The notes under the pieces are model-generated. The model was given only the letters and a program-made list of their open reading frames with translations, was not told the origin of the DNA and searched no databases. 64,000 nucleotides of DNA from Chrysomallon squamiferum (Eukaryota > Animalia > Mollusca): positions 434,001 to 498,000 of the forward strand of contig CM022677.1 in the NCBI GenBank assembly GCA_012295275.1. The letters are read 5' to 3'. How positions within the stretch are numbered: the stretch's first letter is position 1; the number at the start of each line of letters is the position of its first letter. Of the stretch, positions 1 through 15,299 are shown piece by piece. A program made the translations under genes and the position numbers.

Positions 1-890
1 TCCTCGCCCGGATTCCGTGCTCGTGTCAGGTGCAGACAAAAGTAAAATTGTTGTTAGTGATTGTTACAATGACTGTGTAAAATGTTTTTGTTTAGAAAGA
101 AAATCACTGATAAACAGATACGAAACTTCCTCTGATCCATGCGATCTTGCTGAATCACGTGATAAGCGGGGTTATGTTGTTGTTGTTTGTCTGCCATATG
201 AAAATAAAATATTGTTTCTAAAGTTGAAAAACTTCAAACTGATAAAAAAAAGTTAAAACTGTTAAAAAGTATCGGTATATCGCTGTGTTACCAGGCAACC
301 GTCTCGCGGTCACTGAGTACAATCGGTGCTTGGACATACTGACAGACAGTGGTCAGCTCATTAATTCTATCTCAACAGATTTGATCCGCAGACCGAGGTG
401 TCTCACAGTTCACGATCAATGTCTGATTGTTGTGTCAGATGATAACAGTTTAGTTTGTGTGACGTCATCAGGTGACGTCAAATGGGTGTCACGTGATTCA
501 GACAAACTGAGAGACTTGACAGGTGTTACATGTGACAGGGAGGGAAATATTTTTGTTTGTAGTTATAGTAGAGATTGTGTTGTTCAGTTATCACGAGATG
601 GTAACATTACACGTGACATCCTCACACGCCAGGATGTGCTGTACAGACCTCGGTTTATCTGTTGGGATGTCAACAAATTCTACGTGGAAAAGTGCAATGA
701 AATACAAATATTTACTTGGTGTAAAAAGTTAACTTCAAACGGTCTGCTAACTTCGATTCTCTTAAGTGTTTTGAAGTTGAAAGTCCACAGACATTTCTTT
801 CTGATAAATAAAAAGAAAATCACTTATTTATTTATTGTAATTAATTTAGCTAATTTGTTTACTTTCTTTATTTTTATTTTTGTATTATGA
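1..890 (+). pseudogene. NHL-repeat beta-propeller coding region (C-terminal part of a TRIM/NHL-like protein), split by one frameshift; 5' end lies outside the window
   Basis: ORFs 17-256 and 285-890 join into one frame if one A is removed from the A8 run at 244-251. NHL-like blades: KIVVSDCYNDCVKCF, RLAVTEYNRCLDILTDSGQLI, GVTCDREGNIFVCSYSRDCVVQLSRDG. Similarity fades after about 720. AATAAA near 1132. Confidence 0.7.
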
Positions 891-986
891 ATTATTTTGT
901 CGTTAACCTTGCTAAGTTACAAAACAGATTTCACTTTAAAACAAACACTGATTTATTTTTGAAATTTTGACCCAGTTTTGTCAGTT

Positions 987-1045
<59 letters not shown>

Positions 1046-1654
1046 TACATCTAAACTCTTCTATTATTTTGTAAAGTGGTTTATTTGAAAGAATGGTGTG
1101 CTATTTAAAATATACTTGTACCAAAAAATGCAATAAAATATTTATATGATAATAAATAAAATTCTTCTGTCTTTATTTCATTTAAATTTTAAAACTAGTT
1201 TACATTGGCTCATGATCTCTCTGTCTGTATAGCTACCTATATATTCACCTAGCTGTATGTATGTCTGTAGGTCTTTGTATATAATATAATTAATGTGTAG
1301 AATATCAGTTTGGTACAAAGTAGTTCACTGTTGAGATTTATTATAAATTTATTATTAACGGCTGATACAGATTATTGTTTTGGGGATCAACTATTCTTCT
1401 CCTTGTCCTTTTTATTCTGCTTAACATATTTTATATAATTCTCTCTTAGACATGAAGTTAAGTTTTATTTATTTATATATATATTTATTTTTAAAATCAA
1501 AACAAACAAATAAAAGCAAAGAAGAAAGACATGCACACGTACACACAATAAAAATGAAATCAGAGAAACAATCGCACAAACGAAAAAACACAAAGGAAAC
1601 AAAAAAAAACCATAAATTATAATTATATAGACACTGATACATATAATGGAAATA

Positions 1655-2034
1655 ACAGATAAACCACGCACAAAGTATACTTATATAGATACTCACACAG
1701 ATAACTTCATAATTATACCAGCGTCAGCGATGCGGCCATTGTAAATTATTGGAAAAATTATAATATTTCCGAATACGTTAATTCTGATTTAAAACCAACA
1801 GCAAGTAGACAAGCTAGTTTTGTTAAAAATACAGATGATTTTTTATCTAACATATCAAAAACAAAAATACCACCAAACTCCTTTTTAGTCACCCTGGATA
1901 TTGATCACGTAAATGTAAAGAGAAAGATAAAATAATTTTACAATTTACAATCGCCGCAACGTTGACGTTGGTAAAATTATGCGGTTATCTGTGTGAGTAT
2001 CTATATAAGTATACGTTGTGAGTGGTTTATCTGT
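1655..2034. mobile_element. Small foldback/MITE-like element: 93-bp inverted arms (1655-1747, 1942-2034) around a Penelope-like RT fragment
   Basis: ACAGATAAACCACGCACAAAGTATACTTATATAGATACTCACACAGATAAC... is the near-perfect reverse complement of ...GTTATCTGTGTGAGTATCTATATAAGTATACGTTGTGAGTGGTTTATCTGT. Confidence 0.75.
1759..1905 (+). pseudogene. Penelope-like element (PLE) reverse transcriptase fragment
   Basis: Manual translation YNISEYVNSDLKPTASRQASFVKNTDDFLSNISKTKIPPNSFLVTLDID fits the PLE RT pattern S(F/Y)(I/V)K(N/D)T.DF...LVTLD(I/V). Confidence 0.7.
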
Positions 2035-2460
2035 ACTATACAGACTACTACGAAAATTCCACTAACAGCACGTCCCGTCATAGCTTACAGAAAAATAAAG
2101 TTTTGTCTCTACGCGATTTTCGAATAATACGGGGTTTCTGACGTTGTGATGGAACTTTGTCCTCTTGAGACAATGTGTTCCCGAATATTGTCTGAGAGCA
2201 GTCTAATCAGTCGTATATAAGACAGAAAATATTCTTTGCGTTAATTCACACATATAAAATAGAATTAAGTTGTAGTTCTGGTTTGTTTACCATCCCCAAA
2301 TGCTGAACATAAAGAGTATTGGAAATATGACAGTTTTTGGTATAAGAATTAAGTGTTAGATGGGAAATACATTTAATTACACGACAGAGATTTATTACAC
2401 AGGTTGTGTTAATTTAAATTATTTCCTATAACCTTTTTTTTTTTTTTTTTTTACTTTTAC

Positions 2461-2500
<40 letters not shown>

Positions 2501-2631
2501 CACGTTGTATGAACATAGTTGATCGCTCTCCTGATCGAGCTACCTCAATCTTGCACAATAAAAAAAAACATCAGTGTGACTCTCCGGTCTGGTTTCCACT
2601 TTAATACCTGGTCACTTTGTAAAACTTGCAC

Positions 2632-2670
<39 letters not shown>

Positions 2671-3844
2671 CTAAAACAGACACAGTAATGTTGTTAATAG
2701 GTTTTTAACAAGATTTATACTATGTATAATGATCATAATACGTTTGGTGGGATCTGTAGTGTTCTTTTTAACCTGTCAGGACATCTGAACTGTGATGAAT
2801 AAATGCTATAGGTGAGCTGGAAATCCGGTCACTCGTATGACAAAATTGTATATGCCGCATTGCACGCTTTATCTTCTAGCTGAGTTTTGATGTTTCATTT
2901 AAAGTGTGCCAGCCACAGACCCACAACTTGAGTTTTCATGAGTTTTACTTTGAAATATTCGTTTCTTTCACATTTAAAACTACAGAACTTAAATTCACCA
3001 TGAAACACAACTGGAAAATTCAACAGGTATAAAACACAACTCTTGTTTTAAATAAGTAAGTCATTTATAATTAAGAAGCAACATACAGTAGCACGTTATT
3101 ACAGGGTTAAATCAGTTTTGAATGCAGAAACTGTGATGCAGCCTGATTAATCATGTTAAAAATATTTCACATCTGAAAAAACTTGCAGTGATTTTAAATA
3201 TCACGAGTTCATTCTAGATTTTATTTTACACCCTATGAATTAAAAATCTCAATATTTAGAAAATGATTAATTATGTTATGCTCATTTCTAGATTATATAT
3301 ATAAGAAATTAAATGAATAAAAATATTTTTAAATTAGCATATTTAAATAAGCATCTGTTAACACATTCAAATTAACATTTTCCAACTGGCATATTTATAT
3401 TTTAAAGTTGAAATTTGCTTATATAAACTATGATGTTCTAGTCAGCATATTTAAATTAGCATGTTTCATTAGCATATTTAAATAACATGTTTCATTAGCA
3501 TATTTAAAATCATCACACAGGTTTAAAAATGCAAATTAATCATGAATTGAAACAAAGTATTGTGAAAAATACATGAACAATGTATGAAAAAATGACAATA
3601 TGAAGCGATATGAATTTCTTAATGTACATCATCAAAGACAAATTTACAGATACTCAGGAAATGTAACACAGAAACAATATGGTCTGCAATGAAAAACACA
3701 TGATTAAAAATAAATGTGTTTATTTAAATTTAAAATTTGAATATTTTTTATATCAGTTTGAGAATTCAACATTAATATTATATGTAGACTAATGGATTTT
3801 GTTATCTAAATAATAATAATAATAATAATAATAAGAAGAAGAAG

Positions 3845-3966
3845 AATAATAATAATAATAAAACAATAATAATAATTATTATAATATTTGTTACTAATTA
3901 ATGTAGATCCTTTCTTTTTCACTGTGGCAATTTGATAATTTTTGTTTATGCCAATTTCGATGTTAA

Positions 3967-4003
<37 letters not shown>

Positions 4004-4106
4004 CAATAATAATAATTATTATAATATTTGTTACTAATTAATGTAGATCCTTTCTTTTTCACTGTGGCAATTTGATAATTTTTGTTTATGCCAATTTCGA
4101 TGTTAA

Positions 4107-4148
<42 letters not shown>
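3845..4148. repeat. Direct tandem duplication, period about 140 bp, bounded by (TAA)n tracts
   Basis: AAACAATAATAATAATTATTATAATATTTGTTACT...GCCAATTTCGATGTTAAAAT occurs at 3861 and 4001. Confidence 0.9.
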
Positions 4149-4149
<1 letters not shown>

Positions 4150-6547
4150 TAACAAAAGGAACAATAACAAAAGTAGCAAATGTTACTGCATTAATCATAC
4201 AAGTAAATCATTCTCTGAACCACTTTTGTTTAATCTACTACAAGTATTAAGATGGTATAAAAATGATCAGTAAAGCTGGAAACACTTTATAAAAACATGA
4301 CAGTGGCTTAGCTACATTGTGTAGTTTTTATAGAAACAGGTCTCATTTACTTCACAAGTAGAACATAGAAAAAAGTCTCATACAACAAATATTAAAAGTA
4401 TTATTTGTCATAAGGCATTGAGATTAAATATTCAGTTATAATTTACTAAAAATCAAAAAATGTAAGCAATATTTTTATCTATTCAAAAAATAAAATAAAA
4501 TAAAATAAAATAAAATGAAAATAAAATTACCTGACTTGTTTAGCCAAGAAAAAGTTCTTGAAAGCAATGGATGTATTTTTTGTTTTTATAAAAACAAAAA
4601 AGTGAATCAATGTTCTCTAAATTAGGGGTTAAATTTCCAATGTAGCTTTTTGTTTATTTTATTCATGATTATAAAATTAAAAAAAAAAAAAAAAAAGAAA
4701 GAAAATAAACAAACTTTCTTCAAATATTTAGATATTTTGAAAGACTATACAAACAATTGTATAAAAAAATAAATAAAAAATAAATATACATATTTAGTAT
4801 TTTGCTTTGCAATAATAACCACTGGTATAAAATTAAAGTCATTACTGATAAAATTATAGACCCTCACACCTATCCTGTATACGTATTCCATTCTGAGGTA
4901 TTTCTATAATTTTCCAACAATCAATAACAATGATCTGTCTGTCAAAAGACCTCAGAATGGTAATCAAACATAAAAATGTATGTTGTCATTGGAATAAATA
5001 AAAAGACACAATAATAACAAACAATAGTAAAATACTGCACATTAACAAGAGTAGGATAAATCAGAAAAAAAATTAATTCACTTATATAATCTTTCTTATT
5101 ATTGTTTGTTTTCTTAAAGACAATCAAATATAATGAAAGAATAATTCTGCAAGAAAATTAAATGAAGTGTATGAGGTAGAAGTATGTGTTAACTTTTACC
5201 TCTAAAACTTTGTTTTTCAGGTCTGTGTTGATGATGCCTGTGTGGTGTTGAGGATGATGTGATGATTAGATTTAGAACTTGGCTTCATGTACAGCTTTCG
5301 TCCTGTTCAAACAAAGAAACACAACAACACTGACAAACTAAACACTGTGATTAATTTAGGATTTAAAAAATGAATAAAGTGGGGGGTTTTAGGTTTAGAA
5401 ATGTCACTATCCTATCCTGACTGAAAGAATTTAAATATATTTTACAATCTTTTTAATGTGAAAGGATAAGAATGTGTTCAATTTAAAAAATTCAGTTTTA
5501 CAAAACTGTGATGCAATTACTAATGGTTAAAATGGATTTAAAAAAGTAAAAAAACCAAACATGTGACCTGATATTCAAAGCTACTCATACTGACAATAAC
5601 TAAAACAACAATAATAAAAGTACTGATGATGTAGTAATAAAGTTTGCTTTTAATAACAGAGTTAAATCTCAAGAAATATGAATTATCTAACCTGAATATT
5701 CACCAGCTTTACTTCCATCCATTCTTGAAGTTCTTCTTCCTCACCGGTACAAATCTATATTAAATAATAAAAATAAAAAATCTAAATAAATAAAAAAGTT
5801 AATATCAACCATAAATCCTTAACGTTTATGAAACTGGAGTAGAAATAATTATGAACCTAGTAAAATTAAAAATAAGCATAAATCACAAACTTGTAGGAGA
5901 GGTTTATGATGTAATGGAGTTAGACAGCAGAATCATGTTGCCACATGATCACAAATTGTCTAATTTATATTATTTATGATTAATGTACAAATACATTAGT
6001 TACTCTACATTATAAATACTACCAGTAATAATTAATGCTTTATCTCATCATTAATTTATTGTAACACTTAACCACTTACTAAATTTAGTAATAAATTTTC
6101 CATGAAAATTAATTAAATTCTCTAGATAGTGTTTTGACTGTACATGTATGTAATAACATATATCAATAAAGCTTAAACACATAAATTTAAGAAAAACAGG
6201 TTGCAATAATTCTTATCCATTAAATTTAGCAATGGCTTAATTTAGATTTGACAATAATAATTAGCAGGGTTTCAAAATAAGAAAATTAAATAACAAGTGA
6301 GTAAGCTAATTAAACCAAAATATAACCTGCAAATAAAGATTTAAAATAAAATTTCACAGAAAAGATAATTTACGATATAACAGCCCTGTAATAATAACTA
6401 ATATTATAAATCTAGACTGACAATGATGACAATGAAGAGGATTAAAATGGAGACATTTACAAGACAATACATGAAGATGTTGTAGATGCTAAATCAGTTA
6501 ATCTCTAAATAAATGATGTTATTAAACAACAACAAAACAATAATAAT

Positions 6548-6579
<32 letters not shown>

Positions 6580-6930
6580 TAAAATGGTGATTTCTAACTA
6601 TATTATTTTGATGCATCTTTCTAAATCTACATGGCATAAAATCTGCAACTTCTTCTTACATTTTTGTGTGCATTTTGGCAAATATTAAATAGTTCCTTTC
6701 AATAAAACATTTTTTTTCAGTATTAGTTAAACACTGAATGTTTTTACATTAATACAAATAGCAATAATATATTTTGAAATAATATATTAAGAAATTAAGA
6801 ACAGCAGTGTATTTAAAACAATAAATTATTAATCAGATAAATAAAAAATATGTATAATTGGGGTGTTTCATGCAGTAGCATGCTGTTATAAGCTCTATCA
6901 AGTTAATATCTGTGTTTATGTCTGTGTTTA

Positions 6931-6965
<35 letters not shown>

Positions 6966-7354
6966 TGCAGTAGTATTCTGGATAACCAAATGAATGTTTT
7001 GCAAATATGCAAACAGAATTAAACTAAGAGCAGAAAGATTTTTTAAATAATAATAATAATAAAACAAAACAAAAATAAGGAAAGAAAAATCTGTAAGGCA
7101 AAGATTGAAAGAACTGGATAAAACTTTAAATGATTGTTAATTTTAAACATAAAAGCTGAATATATATGATGGCATAAATGTATTTTGCATAGTTCATGTT
7201 TACTGTTTTTTGTTTTCATATCTCTGTATCACTTGAGAAATATATATGAGACATGTAACAGATATTCAGATTGAGTATATTATCATAAAATGCTGGCATG
7301 CTGTCTGTTACTGATTTCTGTATAAAATAATTATAAATAAATAAATATATATAG

Positions 7355-7399
<45 letters not shown>

Positions 7400-8559
7400 A
7401 AGGTTCACAGTTATGTCCACTTAATTTGGAAATCCATTAGCGGTGTTCAAGGAGGTTTCCTAGTCTTTGTAAAAATAAAATACTGAATTAAATATCAAAT
7501 AAATAAATACTGCTACAGCTACTTTTTTGTTACATTTTTGATACATTATTATTACACAGCAGATAGACAGGGTCAGTTCAGCTGAGATGGCAGAGATAAA
7601 TAACGATTGGTACAACAACAACAACCTCTGCACAGAGAGAGAGCATTTCTATATAAAATATCCCTGTTTTTGACAGATACATATATTAACAACTAATGTA
7701 TTATCTATATATAATGTTTTTGGTTGTTTTTTTAAAATTACTAAATGCATTACATACAGTCTTTCTTAGAATTATCAAATTATACTAAAAACTGAGGGAG
7801 AGCAAAATCTGTTTTCAAACTTTCACATCAAAACAAAATAAAGTAGACTGTATTCTGGCAAGTTCAAAACAAAACAAGAAATGGCTTTGATTACTTCTAG
7901 TATATAAGCTAAACATGAAATAAGAGAATGCTAATGGAAGTATGGAAATATTGAAGAATACTAAGTTATCAAGCTACAGTTACTTTACTTATTGTTATGG
8001 ACTCTCCTTGCTCTACTCTGTTTTTGTTATTCTTTGTATTGAGAATATATCACCAATACGTAAGTGAGAAGAATGTAAGTTGGTAGTTAAACAGGTAAGT
8101 TAATGTGTGAGTTTTTATACCAGTTTTTTTAGAAATTTCTCTGTCTGTTCTGCTGTCTGTGTGTATCCCATTCTGTTGTTTATGTGGTATATGTCTGAAA
8201 AAGTAAAAACAAAGATAATTTAATTTTTTATTGTTTTTATTAGTAACATTATTTACTGTTATATGTATATCAATGCCATTTACTGATACAAATGAATATT
8301 TGTTGAAAAATCAGTATCTTTTAAACATATTTCATTATAACCTGATTATTGATAAACATAAGTTCTGCTAAAATACAACAAATCTGAAATAAAGAAGAAA
8401 TATTTTATTTATAACACACACCACGTTTTTTTTACTAGTTTTTTGTATCTTAAAAGGTAAATAACGATACAGCTAATGAAGTGACACCTTTTTTAAACAA
8501 GTAACTTTTCACAGAAAAACCAACAGAAAGAAATCATATACTATGAATTATATTCCTGC

Positions 8560-9370
8560 TTTGATTTTTCTGAACTCAGAAAAAACAATGTATTTCTCTC
8601 CGTATCTAGATTCTATTGAGCTTTAGATATTAAAATAGCACTTAATCTCTCAATTAATTTTAACTTTTCTTCTTTGTAATGTTACCATGATGCTTATTTA
8701 CAGCTAGTTTAGCATATTCTCGTTTTAAAACATTTTGTATATTATAGTATTTCTAGTTGTCTAATTTCTCTTATTTAGTGCAAAATGTTTTATATTTTAA
8801 AGTTATTCCACCAAACAACAAGGATACTCAGAAGCATTATTAATTACATCAACAATAGCTTTACCAAAAAGTTCATCTTTCAATAATTCATTATTAAATA
8901 TCCGAATACCTTGATCTCTCTCTATAGGAGAAAAATCTATTTTATGTGATAAAAAATAGTAATCACTAACTGAGGTATAGGATATGTATAAACTGTAATA
9001 AATTTCTAGAAATTAAAAATAAATCAATTTTTGACTGTCTTATACTATAGTTTTTTCAACAATTTGAGATCTAGTAAACTGTTTTTTATCTGGATTTCTG
9101 TGTTGCCAAATATCAACTAAATTATAATTATAAATACCTGACTGTAATTCATTACTACTTTTCATACTGAAAGTTTTATTATTTATGTCTAAATCTATAT
9201 TAGGATCTAAAATTTCATTAAAATCTCCTGCCATTACTGTATTTTTAAAATCCACAAATTCACATAATCCTTTAAAAAATAAAATTCTTTCTTCAATATT
9301 ATTTGGAAAATATATGCTTATAAAACTATATTCATTGTCATCTATTTTAAAATCCTGCCTTCAGTGTCGC
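8560..9370 (-). mobile_element. Degraded L1/Tx1-clade LINE ORF2 fragment (APE endonuclease and linker)
   Basis: Minus-strand peptides SFISIYFPN, VMAGDFNEILDP, LVDIWQHRNPDKKQFT, GIRIFNNELLKD and an AILISKAQ...ERNTLFFL segment resembling L1 RSKAKW..EKNTKYF; many stops. Confidence 0.75.
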
Positions 9371-10910
9371 AACTATTAAAGGTAAACTTATAAGGATTGT
9401 GAAATATAAAATTAACCAAAAAAAAAAAAAAAAAAAACACTCCTTATCTTAGATATTTCGAGTCATAAATTTACTTTATGCTAAGAAATATATAAGAACA
9501 CAAACTCAACTTCACCTGCTCAGATTTTCTTTCTCTTTGCGATGGCAGAAAACTTTAGTTAACCAGAAAATAATTGTGACCTCAGTATCTGATGGAAGTT
9601 CACTGGATGTGTTAAAAGTTGTAATTACTCTGAACATTTTAAAATTGTTTGTTCAATATGCTGCATGTAAAGACTGAGGTCTTATTACATTATATGATAA
9701 ATTATACAAAACATTCACCCAAATATCATTCTCCTTCTCCCTCTCTCCATCTGTCCATTCCTTCAGCCTCTCTCTTTCTCTCATACAATCATACCTTTAC
9801 ATGTGCAACTATAAATATTCTGCAACTTTTCAGCTATCTGTTAAAAACCTGAGTAGAAGGATGAATGTTTTTAAATACTTTCTTTATTGGTAGCATTCTG
9901 AAATACTGACCATTATATACGGATCTTTTAAAGTCTGAAACCATCCATTTTAAATAATAAAACTGTATTTAGATAGGTAAAAACATCATTCAGTTTATAC
10001 TCTAAAACTGAATATTTTTAAAGTATAAAATGAAGAAAGTAAACGTTAACAGAGTGAAACAAACTCATTTTAATAAAGAAAATTTAAAATGTTTAGTAAT
10101 TAACAAAATAATAATATTAAAAAATAAAAAATTTAAAAAATAAAATAACTATAAGTATATGTATGTGTATAAATTATAAATATAAATATAAATAAAGAAA
10201 TGAAACAACAGAATACCTGATGGCCGGGAAAGCAAATTCTACTGAAACAACTTCACTGGCATATGCCAACATTAGAGCATCAATTAGAGCTGTATGTGTA
10301 TAGTTAAAAAAAATAATAATAATAAATAAATAAATAAACAGTTATAACAAATAGCTAATACTTCTTTATTCTTAAGATTTAAATTGTACTTGTATCAGTT
10401 ACTGGACTGTTCACACAAGATGTGCTGTGGGATATTTTCAATGTACATTGTTATTAATAAATAATTTTTCTGAGAAATGCCTAATCATTATAATGATAAT
10501 AATAAAATAATTAACAAAACAACAGCAAATTTGTGATTATTATTACGATATTTTATAATCAATAAATTATAAACAGTTACTACAAAACTTATTTTTGCTC
10601 TCTAAGACACAAAAATAAAATAAAAAATGTACATCTCAGAATGGTGCAGTCTGCATAAGAATGGTTTCTGTAACATGTGATTCATCCTTCTCCATGATGT
10701 AAATTCACTTTCTTGACAGACCTGAATAATAATGTACGAAAAATAGCAATACCAATAGTAAATATAATAATGTTTATAATTTTTGTGTAAGAACATGATA
10801 TTTGTTGCTATCAATCTACATTTGTCAGATAAATACATTTTTCTGTGCTTATTATCGTTTGTGAATGTTATAAAAAATGTATTTAGTAATTTACATATGA
10901 AATTGCCAAG

Positions 10911-11024
<114 letters not shown>

Positions 11025-13544
11025 AATACGAGTATGGTTTATACGGTGAATACCTCTCTTTCTGTTTCTTTCACACATACATTGAATCTGAGTGATGCAC
11101 ATTACATCATGTTTACCTCTTTCCATGACTGAAAATGTGAGCATATCTCGCATCCGATTCACGCTTGGATTCGCACAAACATAAAACATCCGAATCCATC
11201 TGGATTCTCGTGAAATATTTCCAAAATTCAATTAAATGAATAACCAACTAGTAAAAAGCTAGCGAATTAAAAATAAAAATAATCTGGCTGTCAAACATCA
11301 GTTTATACTGGTTTGAAAAGCGTAGCATACATTCGAATCTGTGTATGTTCGAAACATCGTGGTTTATCGAGACTGGTCTGGCCTGAACGTAATTTTATTT
11401 AGTATTTAACTAAGAAGTAATTAATTTGTTTATTCTTACAAAAATTATTACAAAACTTGTAGAAATTAAATCTGGTTTGAGACCAACATGTGATTTCCTG
11501 TCTATAACCGCAGCCAAAGTATAATTTGTGGTGTTTCAAGAAGTAATTCTCTGTCAGATTATCTCAAGTATCTATTTACAATTAACTCAGATTTTACAAA
11601 TTAGGATAATTATAATGTATTCATTTCTGAGCTAAAAATGAAATTAAGAAAAAATAAGCATAATAATTATAAATATTATTAATATTAATAAATAAATAAT
11701 TGCGATAATAATTTTAAAAAATAATAATAAATAATAAAATAAATAAATAAAATAAAATAAAGTTAAATTAAAAAAGAAAAAAGCAACACAAAAACAAAAG
11801 AAAAAGAAAAACGGGTTAATAAGCAGTCTTATCTATTCTTAAAAAAAACAAGCAACCCCTCCACCCCCGAATCCACCACCACAAACAAAACACTTCCTCG
11901 GAGTTAAAAATTAATTAATTTATTTATTCATTTATTTTTATTTTTATTATTATTATTCTTATTATTATTATGTTTTTGTTTTTTTTTTTTTTTTTTGCTA
12001 CCAGGCCTTTTTCTGAGGAGAACGGATTCTGTTGTATATATACAGAGGACTCGAATATGTCCATCTATTCGGCCGAGATGATCCGAACAGTCACGATCAG
12101 TTTTACGATACTGGGTCAGCGAGAATCGTGGTTTTGTTTATCAAGACTACAGTTAACTCCATGCCTATCCGGTCTAGAACGTTAGTGTTTATAAACCGAT
12201 GTTGGCAAATTAAGGTACGCCGATAAATGATACATTTTATTATTATTATTATTATTATTTTTTTTTTTTTTTTTTTGTTAACTACAATTTATTTATTAGG
12301 GTTATCAATGATAAATGAAATTTATCACTTTACAGGATAAACTAGCCTTCTGCTGACCAGAAAAAAGCCAAGGATGACCACTTGACCATGTGTGTAGTGA
12401 AGAGTTCAGTGAAGAACAATCACTTCTGCAGTCCTGGCAGATAAGAGAAATTTGTACAGGCTCAGACAATCAGATGTGCTCAACATGATTGTAAACAGAT
12501 GCTGGGTATAATGGACAAGTAATTCAGTTTACTACCAGATTTTATAAATTACTTAATGCCACCTGAGAATGTTTTAATATTAATATTATTCTTATTTTCT
12601 TACTATTAATTAGGTATGTTTAAGTGAACAATGAGTTAACAGTGAAAAGACAGTGATTTATATCTATCATTAATTACTTCTGTTTTAATATTAAATTGAG
12701 GTAAACAAAAAAACTTATTAAAAAAAATGAAGAAAAAAGAAACGAAAAAAGGTTTTTAAAATAATAAATTACTTTTGTTTCAGACTGAGAATGTAGAAGT
12801 CAGGGTTTGACTTGGGAACAGATTTCTCATAAAGCTGAAGGCAGTTTATGTCACTATGGTTACTACTTAAAAAAAAGTATGAAAAAGGTTAGCATTTGTG
12901 TTTCTTTGAACTGTAGCAAAAAGTGCAAGTCTTGTATCAGAAGGAAAAGTCCTTGGTTTGACAAATATTGAAATAAGCTTTTTACATTATTATTATTATT
13001 ATTATTATTATTTAGATCTAACTGAGTGTACATCAGTTGATGCCAGTATTACTAAGTATACTGATACTTGTACTAACAGAATCAGTGGATTCACTTGTTC
13101 CTGTCTGGCTGGGAAGAAACTTGAAAATGACCAGACAACATGTGTTAGTCAGCAGAATTTCTCATTACAAAATACAATAATGTAAAAATAAATTTTTAAA
13201 TATTTTAAAAACGTAATTATATTTTGAAATTTGAAGCAATTTATTCAGTAAAATTAGAAATATTTAGATTATACTTTTATTATAATTTTATAAATTTTGT
13301 TTTATAAAAAAAATTTAACACTAAAGTTTGATTTTAATTTAAAATATTTATTTTAAATTTAAATTTTATTTTTGCCTCTCAGACCATTGTCATTATAAAG
13401 CTGGCTGGGTGGTGTGTGAGAGACATCTGTTTCAACAGTTTCATGTCAAGCAAACAGCAACTGCCAAAACCTGCCAGTCTCCTATCATTTGAGTGTAAGA
13501 CAGGATATCACAACTTGTCAGATGAATGTGTAGGTGAGTAGGGT

Positions 13545-13840
13545 ATACTTAATAAATAGTCAATTTACTCAATGTTAAAAATTTGGTAACAAATTGAAAT
13601 TATAATATTTTACTTAATAAACAGTTAAATGTAACAAATAATTCCTTATTATTTAATAAATAGTATATGTTACAAATGATTTCTTACTATTTAATAAATA
13701 GTTATATGCAGTAAATGATTGCTTTGTTCTTAATAAATAGTTATATGTTCAAAATGATTGCTTATTACTTTATAAATAGTGATATTCTAAAAATTACTCC
13801 AGTTTACTTAAAAATAATAGTTAAATGAGACAAATGATTG
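13545..13840. repeat. Degenerate intronic tandem repeat, period about 40 bp
   Basis: Recurring TTAATAAATAGTTATATG...AAATGATT core, about 6 copies. Confidence 0.6.
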
Positions 13841-15299
13841 ATGAATTTCATACATATTTTTTGTGATTTCAATTACCAAAGAAAACAGAATGGATGTTTT
13901 AAAACTGAAAAATAACATAGAATTGAGTTAATTAATACCTCAGTCACAAAATTAACTTTTTCGGCATTAAAATGTAATAAATAAATAAATAAATATAATA
14001 ATAAAAATATCACTTTATAATTGTTAATAATGTTTTTATTCAAAATTAAGAGAATGTTTATTTAACACAGAAAATCCGGTTTCAGTGACTAAGAAATTAA
14101 CATTGTTAAAAACAACAAAAAAGAAACAAAAACAAACCCTGTTTGGTACTAGCTAACTTTATTTTTGCAGTTTGAGTCACATTAATTTTTTGGAACATTA
14201 TCAACAAAAATAAATAAAGATAAAAATAAAAATCATGTTTTAGAACTAATAATTAAACTGTTATTAAACATATTTATTAATTAATTAATTCATTCATTCA
14301 TTTATGGAAAAGATCATTTTTTTAGAGTAGAATGAGTGTTTGGTATCATTATTGTACTAAACTGCAAAAAGCTACATTTGTTGTTGTCACAGTGGTTACA
14401 GTGTGACAAAATTTTATAAAATTATAAAACTATTTTATTTTCATTTGTGTGAGAATGTGAATAAATTGTTAATTATTTTATTTTAGACAAAATATAATAA
14501 AGTTATAAAAATATTTTATGTTCAATTGTGACAGTGCTGCAGTGAACAGTTCGTGTGAACAGGGCTGCAGGGTGCATGACACAGTGGAGCAGTGTTTGTG
14601 TAGAAATGTTTACCTTGAATTCAGACAACAAAACATGCTCAGGTGAGTCAGTTCTATCTGGTTCACAGGTTAAATTGTTCACTTCAAGCATTCTTAGTTT
14701 ATTCATATTTCTAGTTTAACTTTATTATTATTAATAATGTCATGCTCATTATATATTCAGAAAATTAGTTTGTAGCTTGGTATGCATTAGTAGCTATTCA
14801 AATAGTTAATTTAAACTTCTCATCTCTGGAATTAAGAAAAAATTCAAAGCAGTTTATACTATTCAGAAACTTGTCAGAATTTATGAATAATTTTTATTTT
14901 TATTAATAATGCTTATATCCCTGTAATTCAAACTTGACTAATTTCAGAAATGCTCTAAACCTATCAGAATCTATGAATTTTAAATTACAGATATTTGAGT
15001 AATTTCAGAAACTTGTCAAAAGTTTAATTGTTGTTAATGATTGAGATATAATTTATCTGTTTCTCTCTTTCAGATATAAATGAATGTAATTCAAAAGTAT
15101 TTCTACTCAGAACTGTAACTACTAGGATGGAGGCTACACATGTACCTGTATGGATGTTATAAATGGGAAACTGACAAAATCATTTGTAGAGGTGTACATA
15201 AATATTAATGTATCACACACACATCAACACATGCACATGAAAGATTCACACACATGAAAACATGGACACACAAACCTCCATATACATACATATACAGTG

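Noticed and set aside
2500-2556. tRNA/SINE A-box-like GGTAGCTCGATCAGGAGAGCG on the minus strand
   Set aside because: No B box or cloverleaf; too short to call.
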